From assembly GCA_965248925.1 (NCBI GenBank), contig CBDFLE010000004.1, forward strand, positions 160,001 to 224,000: DNA of 64,000 bases, in the 5' to 3' direction. The translations under genes were made by a program, and so were the position numbers. Below the pieces are notes generated by a model. That model was not told where the DNA came from and made no database searches. It saw nothing but the letters and a program-made list of their open reading frames with translations. Each line of letters opens with the position of its first letter. Positions within the stretch are counted from its first letter, which is position 1. The DNA is from Candidatus Multivoradales bacterium. Lineage in GTDB: Bacteria; Acidobacteriota; Thermoanaerobaculia; Multivoradales; J023. Below are positions 63,500-64,000 of this stretch, piece after piece.

Positions 63500-63826
63500 C
63501 CGCTGGGATCGATGGATCCACCGTATTGCGGCCCTACTGGCTTGGTTTCTAACATCTGATTTCTCCCTTGAAGTGCGAGCAAGCTGGGCCACTTAATTGC
63601 GCCCGCTGCCCGCTACAGGCCCAAGCTACAGCGCTTCCCAAACAGATCCTTTGGTTGAATGCTCATCAGAGGGCGATGGAGGCCGTGAACACGGCTTGAG
63701 TGCGAGTAGATTCAAAGCGCTCGTAGACTGTTTAGGGCTAGTGAGTAGCTCCGTGCGAGGCCCGCCGAAGGGTGCTTCTCTTGCGTTTTGGGCAGCAGAA
63801 CCTCTGTCATTCAGTGATCTGAGGGG

Positions 63827-63896
63827 AAACGGTTCATTTCGAGCTTGCACAAATGAACCGTTTGGTCTCAGCGGTGGACTTGCCTACAGTCTTCCG
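63827..63896 (+). promoter_or_regulatory. Palindrome and candidate leaderless promoter of rhs E
   Basis: Matches 9866-9935. Confidence 0.65.
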
Positions 63897-64000
63897 ATGC
63901 CAAAACAGCTATCTCTGCGCTCTCTCCTCGTCCTCCAAGCCTCTCTCGGTGCCCTCCTACTGTCGGCGAGCGCCGCTCAAGCGGCGCCTGCCTTTATCTC
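63897..64000 (+). CDS. Start of a fifth giant Rhs gene (3'-partial, signal peptide only)
   Basis: MPKQLSLRSLLVLQASLGALLLSASAAQAAP matches the N-termini of toxins B and D. Confidence 0.88.
   Translation, partial: MPKQLSLRSLLVLQASLGALLLSASAAQAAPAFI

Overview
This GC-rich bacterial window is a head-to-tail array of a roughly 20-kb unit. It holds four accessory blocks and five Rhs genes, two of them cut by the window edges. Each unit reads: a cluster of TGTCCCGTCCGCCGCGTCCAC motifs; on the minus strand, a 304-aa DDE (rve-type) integrase with an N-terminal hydrophobic helix, a 155-aa protein of unknown function and two His-less pterin-carbinolamine-dehydratase-fold genes; a divergent operator region; then on the plus strand an XRE-HTH/TPR regulator, a palindrome and promoter, a giant (~5,000 aa) Ig-repeat/YD-repeat Rhs toxin with a signal peptide, and a low-GC immunity gene. 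The four visible toxin tips are unrelated: an unknown domain, a PGRP-type amidase, an IQM-like HHSSF/SGHY domain and an HExxGH metallopeptidase. Every toxin-immunity module ends at nested, 3'-truncated copies of the TGT motif, and I found no inverted partner end by eye. I infer an integrase-driven, apparently one-ended system for shuffling toxin cassettes, which may be undescribed. Two ordinary insertion sequences (an IS4-like DDE element and an IS21) and independent deletions disrupt the accessory operon in three of the four blocks. All family assignments come from motif recognition; no database searches were run.
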